Positions 59,348-64,000 of a stretch of DNA of 64,000 nt are shown piece after piece; the stretch's first letter is position 1; every line of letters starts with the position of its first letter. The stretch comes from an uncultured Verrucomicrobiae bacterium (lineage in GTDB: Bacteria; Verrucomicrobiota; Verrucomicrobiia; Limisphaerales; Palsa-1400): assembly GCA_963764165.1 (NCBI GenBank), contig CAVXRD010000002.1:2912001-2976000 (forward strand), read 5' to 3'. The translations under genes were made by a program, and so were the position numbers. The notes below the pieces were generated by a model. The model was not told the origin of the DNA. It was given only the letters and a program-made list of their open reading frames with translations, and made no database searches.

Positions 59348-60346
59348 TCAGGGATTAAAGGCCCGGTAATAGCGCGCTTGCACGGAGGTCGACGAATCCG
59401 TCCAGGTGTAAGGAGAGGCTGACGGAGTCGCGCTGGCCACAGTGGACCAATCCACCAAATTGGTGGATGATTGCACGCTCAGGGCCAGACCCGGCGTGGT
59501 GGCAATGACGACGGTGACAGACCCATTGCTGGACCGCACGATTGAATCGAACGAAAGGGGCTGCAGAACCACGGCGATGGTGATCGGATTGGCGTCCAGC
59601 GTAACGGCCGTCTGAGTCAGCAGCCGTCCGTTTATGGAGGCGCCCGTCTGCATATTGACTCCGGTTGCGGCCAGTATGGTGCCCGCGAATTTCGACGTCG
59701 TTCCCAGATCCGCTCCGTTGCCGCCGGCGACCTGCCAGAAGACGTTGCGAGGCTGCGCTCCGCCGCTGAGCAAAAGGCTCGTTGAGTTCGCAAGGGTAAG
59801 ATTCCCGGAAATTTGGAACACCCAGACATTCGTCGCATTGCCGGAAAGAGTGACATCGCTTGTTATCAAGACATCGCTGTTCCATTTGTAGAGTCCCGGC
59901 GCGAGAGTCCTGCCTCCAATGCTGCCGTTTCCAAGATCCAGATAGTCAGGCGAACTCCTGCCGGCGGCATCCGTGTAAGCCGTTTGCATGTCGCCAACGG
60001 CGGTCGTCAAATTAACAGGCGTCGGCGAAGCGTAGTCGGGCGCAAAGACCTCGCCGGTGATCTGCGAGGAAGTCGAGAATTGGCCTGAACTGTCAATTGT
60101 AAGCGAAAATCCGGTGATGGCAGACGACTCAATGGGGCTCACCGCGATATCGCCCGTGATCGCGGACGGGGGAACCGTGCTGATTCCCGATTTTGCCAGG
60201 ATGGCATAGCTTCCTGAGGTTCGGAGGTTGACCAGCGGCTGCCCGCCGAACGCCTTGGTTTGGACAATAAGGACAAGAACGGCGAGTTCCGCAATCCAAC
60301 CGATGCATTTGGAACCGCCCCAGACTTTTTTATTTGTTGTGCTCAT
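59348..60346 (-). CDS. Ice-binding-like protein (DUF3494) with short C-terminal domain
   Basis: YAILAKSGIST, ITGDIAVSP, TAVGDMQTAYTDAAGR, LAPGLYKW, VFQI, NVFWQVAG, NGRLLTQTAVTLD; tail QSSTNLVDW...RYYRA. Confidence 0.9.
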   Translation of the reverse strand: MSTTNKKVWGGSKCIGWIAELAVLVLIVQTKAFGGQPLVNLRTSGSYAILAKSGISTVPPSAITGDIAVSPIESSAITGFSLTIDSSGQFSTSSQITGEVFAPDYASPTPVNLTTAVGDMQTAYTDAAGRSSPDYLDLGNGSIGGRTLAPGLYKWNSDVLITSDVTLSGNATNVWVFQISGNLTLANSTSLLLSGGAQPRNVFWQVAGGNGADLGTTSKFAGTILAATGVNMQTGASINGRLLTQTAVTLDANPITIAVVLQPLSFDSIVRSSNGSVTVVIATTPGLALSVQSSTNLVDWSTVASATPSASPYTWTDSSTSVQARYYRAFNP

Positions 60347-60547
60347 AAAATAGAAATTCATCGGCGCGCCCACACTTCAGTTTCCCTGCCCGTTGATGGG
60401 AGATTCACCGGAAAGACACCTTGAGCCAGGCAGGACAATACTAATATAGGGTGAAACCAGCTTCGTGTTTCACCTGATATGCAATCGAAAGCGGGGAAAC
60501 GATTCTATTGGAAGATTGGCGGCTTGCCGGCAGGCCCCATCGCTCAA

Positions 60548-61243
60548 ATGAAACGAAAACAAATGCCATTTCCCGCCCGCTACGCCGCCGCTTTGCGAAA
60601 ACACCTCGCGCAGGACGGGCGCGCGGGCTTTCAGCCGGCAGAACGGCTGGGGCGCGTGGCGGTCGCTCTTGGATTGGAAATCCTGCAACTGGCGAGAGTT
60701 CATGAGCAGGCCGTCGTTTCGCAGTCATTATCCGGAGATCATGGAATGCTCAAACGGGCGGAGACTTTTTTTACCGAGACCTCCAAGCCGATCGTGGAAA
60801 CGCATCGCGCCGCGCGGCAAAGCAAGGTTGAATTGCAGCGGCTCAACGAGACTCTCAGCCGGCGGACACTTGAGCTGGCCTCCACCAACCGGCAATTGCA
60901 GCGGGGCATTCTCCGCCGCAAGGGAGTCGAAGCCGCCCTCAAAAAGAGCGGCGAACATTACGCGAAGCTGCTGAAGGATTCGCTGGATTTGCAGGAGGGG
61001 CTGAGGCGTTTGACCCATCAGCTCCTGGCCTCCCAGGAGGAGGATCGAAAGAAGATCAGCGAGGAGCTGCAGGCTGAAATCGCCCAGACCCTTCTGGGAA
61101 TCAATGTCCGGCTGCTTTCTTTGAAAAGCGAAGCGAAGCTCAATACCAAGGGGCTGAAGAATGAAATCGCCAGCACCCAGCGGCTGGTGGCAAAATCCAC
61201 GAAATCCGTGCGCCGGGCCGCTCGTGAATTTAGGAACGCATGA
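60548..61243 (+). CDS. Truncated kinase paralog: RsbU_N-like domain, coiled coil, His-less HisKA_3, no ATPase domain
   Basis: Colinear with the next gene; H-box EELQAEIAQ versus RELHDVIAQ; ends before HATPase. Confidence 0.8.
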   Translation: MKRKQMPFPARYAAALRKHLAQDGRAGFQPAERLGRVAVALGLEILQLARVHEQAVVSQSLSGDHGMLKRAETFFTETSKPIVETHRAARQSKVELQRLNETLSRRTLELASTNRQLQRGILRRKGVEAALKKSGEHYAKLLKDSLDLQEGLRRLTHQLLASQEEDRKKISEELQAEIAQTLLGINVRLLSLKSEAKLNTKGLKNEIASTQRLVAKSTKSVRRAAREFRNA

Positions 61244-62400
61244 AACAGAAGCTTTTTGACGTCTCGCGCCGCTATCAAGTGGCGCTGCGGGCGCATCTGC
61301 GCGGCGATCAGGACAGCAGCCTGGAATCGGCGCGGGGGCTGGGCGGCATGGCCATGGCGGCCGGGCTTCAAACTCTCGATCTGGCCAAGCTTCATGAGCG
61401 GACATTGGTGGCGGCGCTGCTTCCCACCTGCACCTCGCGCCGCCGGGCCGCGCTCATCAAACAGGCAGGCGCGTTTTTTGCGGTGGCGATCACCCCGCTT
61501 GAAGAGACCCATCCCAGCGCCAGGGAAGCCACGGCTTACCTGAAAAAATTCATTGAGGCGCTGAGCCAGAGGACGGTCGAGCTGGCGGTCTCGAATTTGG
61601 AACTGAGCCTGGAGGTCACCCAGCGCAAGGCGGCGGAGAGCGCGCTTAGAAAAAGCGAGCGCCATTACTCGAAACTCCTCAAGCAGTCGGATCATTTGCA
61701 GGAGCAATTGCGGCGCCTGTCCCGCCAGATTCTTTCCGCCCAGGAAGATGAGCGGAAAAAAATCAGCCGCGAACTTCACGATGTCATCGCCCAGACGCTG
61801 ACCGGCATCAACATCCGTCTGGCCACACTGGCCAAGGATGCGTCCAAGAACACCAAGGGCCTTGACCGAAACATCGCCCGCACGCAGCGGCTGGTCGAAA
61901 AATCGGTGAACATCGTGCATCAGTTTGCACGGGAGCTGCGGCCCGCCTTGCTGGATGACCTGGGATTGATTCCAGCCCTCCACTCCTACTTAAAGGCATT
62001 TACAACCCAAAGTGGCGTGCGCACGCAATTGACGGCTTTTGCCGGAGTGGAACGCCTGGATGCCGCCAGCCGCACAGTGCTTTTCCGGGTGGCGCAAGAG
62101 GCCCTGACAAACGTCGCCCGGCACGCAAAAGCCACCCGGGCGACTGTCACGATCACGGATCCGCCCGAGGGCGTCTGCATGAAAATCGCCGATGACGGAA
62201 GATCATTTGAAGTGGAAAAGGTGCTCAAAGGCAAAGCGGGCAGGCGCCTGGGCGTTTTGGGCATGAGGGAGCGGCTGGAAATGATTGGCGGCCGCTTGTA
62301 TATTGAATCGCTGGCCGGGAAAGGGACAACAATAACCGCGCAGCTAAAGCCTGTGGCCATCGAGCCGCGGCCCGCCGCGAAAGGGCAAACGCACCCATGA
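61240..62400 (+). CDS. Soluble NarX/UhpB-type histidine kinase with RsbU_N-like N-terminus
   Basis: ERKKISRELHD, LRPALLDDLGL, QEALTNVARHA, DDG, LGVLGMRER; no TM. Confidence 0.9.
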   Translation: MKQKLFDVSRRYQVALRAHLRGDQDSSLESARGLGGMAMAAGLQTLDLAKLHERTLVAALLPTCTSRRRAALIKQAGAFFAVAITPLEETHPSAREATAYLKKFIEALSQRTVELAVSNLELSLEVTQRKAAESALRKSERHYSKLLKQSDHLQEQLRRLSRQILSAQEDERKKISRELHDVIAQTLTGINIRLATLAKDASKNTKGLDRNIARTQRLVEKSVNIVHQFARELRPALLDDLGLIPALHSYLKAFTTQSGVRTQLTAFAGVERLDAASRTVLFRVAQEALTNVARHAKATRATVTITDPPEGVCMKIADDGRSFEVEKVLKGKAGRRLGVLGMRERLEMIGGRLYIESLAGKGTTITAQLKPVAIEPRPAAKGQTHP

Positions 62401-63074
62401 AAAAAATAACTGTCTTATTGGCCGACGACCACACGGTTGTCCGCGAGGGATTCCGAAAAATGCTCGAACTGGAAACCGACATTGAAATCGTCGGAGAATC
62501 CCCAGACGGACGCCATGCGGTGAATATGGCGGCGAAGCTCCACCCCGACGTTGTGCTCATGGATATCGCCATGCCCTCGCTGAATGGGCTCGAAGCCACC
62601 CGCCAACTGCTTCGGGCGTTGCCAGGCGCCAAAGTTTTGATCCTCTCGGCGCATAATGATGACGCATACGTCCAGACTGCCGCCGCTGCCGGAGCCGTTG
62701 GTTTCCTGTTGAAGCAGACCTCGGCCAATGACGTTTGCCGCGCCATCCGGGAGGTTCACAGCGGAAGGACGTTTTTCAGCCCCTCGGTAGCCAAGCGGCA
62801 GGACCGGCTGAATCAAGCGTCCCTAACCCGCACGGGTGGTGTCAATAAGAAAGCGGCGCAGTTGACCTCCCGCGAAATGGAAGTGCTGCAACTGATTGCC
62901 GAAGGCAAAGCGAACAAGGAAACGGCTTCGGAACTCGGCATTGGCATCAAGACGGTCGAGAAACATCGCGAGCATATCATGCAAAAGCTGGACATTCACG
63001 AGACGGCGGGACTGACACGCTACGCCATATCAGCGGGCTTCATCGAGAGCAGCGTGCAAGTGACCATTGTCTGA
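62397..63074 (+). CDS. NarL/LuxR-family response regulator
   Basis: LLADDH, DVVLMDIAMP, LTSREMEVLQLIAEG..NKE..TVEKHR. Confidence 0.95.
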   Translation: MKKITVLLADDHTVVREGFRKMLELETDIEIVGESPDGRHAVNMAAKLHPDVVLMDIAMPSLNGLEATRQLLRALPGAKVLILSAHNDDAYVQTAAAAGAVGFLLKQTSANDVCRAIREVHSGRTFFSPSVAKRQDRLNQASLTRTGGVNKKAAQLTSREMEVLQLIAEGKANKETASELGIGIKTVEKHREHIMQKLDIHETAGLTRYAISAGFIESSVQVTIV

Positions 63075-63138
63075 CAACGGATGACAGGTAAACACCGGAT
63101 AGCAGTTCGCGCGCTTCTTAGTCCATCCTGTTCGACGA

Positions 63139-63875
63139 TGATTAATACAACTGTTTCTAACGTATGGAGAAGATCCATCAACCATGCGTGCTGCGCCGCG
63201 CTTTCCATTCTGATTTTGCCCGCGTTCCTGGCCGCGCCCGTCCGTGCTCAACCAGAAGCGGCCAAGGACGCCGACATGCACACCGCCATGACGCTCACGG
63301 TTCATGGAAAATGTGAGTATTCCAGGGACGGCGCCACTTTCACCAAATTGAGGCATGCCCAGATCCTGGAAGAGGGGGCCGTCATACGGGCCGGTGAGGG
63401 GTCGCAGGTGGACCTCTTTTTCCGCCGCACCGGCACCGTTGTCAGGCTTCAGCCAGATACCGAAATAAAACTCGAAACCATGTCGATTACCATGAAGGAC
63501 GGGCAGCCGCTGGTGCATACATTGCTTGATCTGCGCACAGGGCGGATTTTCGCAGTCGTTCGCCACACCGTCCCGGGCAGCACGATGGAAATCAAGAACA
63601 AGGACGGCCGCGCCGTTGTTGAAGGCAGCGGCATCGGCCGTTACATCATTACCGCCGATGGCACTCATGTGGCTGCGAATGGATCAGGCATTCCTCTTAA
63701 AGTAGTGCATGAAAATGGAATCACCGTCGTCGCCGCCGGAGAGCAATTCTCAAAGAAGGATGGCAAAACGCTCCCCTTGGACAGCGGTGTCTGGGTCAAG
63801 GAGCTTATGCAAATGGATGAGCTTGACGCGGTCGTGGATACCTCGGTTGCCCTCGCGCCCGCGCCGAAACCCTAA
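63139..63875 (+). CDS. FecR-domain secreted protein
   Basis: Signal peptide ending VRA; G.CEYS.DG..F..L....L.EG..IR.GE.S.VDL, TLLDLRTG; start uncertain. Confidence 0.7.
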
Positions 63876-64000
63876 GCGCCTCACCCAAGCCGGCTAATGC
63901 AGCCAGGAGCCGGCTGTGGAATTGAATCGCACAAGCCGGTCCCGCGGGAATCAAACACGAACGATGCAGTTGGATTTGGGAGCGCGACCATCTCGGCCGC

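Overview
GC-rich bacterial chromosomal segment. The protein repertoire (prepilin-like and FecR-domain secreted proteins, DUF6600, futalosine mqn genes, RNase Y, a YlbF-like protein) suggests a Verrucomicrobiota (Pedosphaera-like) soil bacterium; this is inference only. It holds about 50 CDS. Housekeeping genes include rarA-ygfA-rny, apbE, mqnP/E/A, a prc-type protease, glgP-gatB-yyaL, cutA, miaE, a ClpX-like ATPase and a ThyX-like protein. Accessory blocks: (i) five tandem FecR-domain secreted/lipoproteins with no sigma factor or TonB receptor (26.4-30 kb); (ii) a mini-NRPS (Leu-coded A-PCP, cytochrome P450, frameshifted stand-alone C domain) bracketed by two inward-facing vapBC-type TA modules (40-47 kb); (iii) a DUF3494 ice-binding protein divergent from an operon encoding an RsbU_N-like His-less pseudokinase, its full-length paralogous kinase and a NarL regulator (59-63 kb). 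A GAF gene sits between two copies of the first 59 bp of rarA. Intergenic DNA has many REP/REPIN-like palindromes and several 9-10-bp-period repeat families. No tRNA, rRNA, CRISPR array, integrase or transposase was seen. All calls come from motif recognition by eye, with no database searches; several starts were moved to the most plausible codon.
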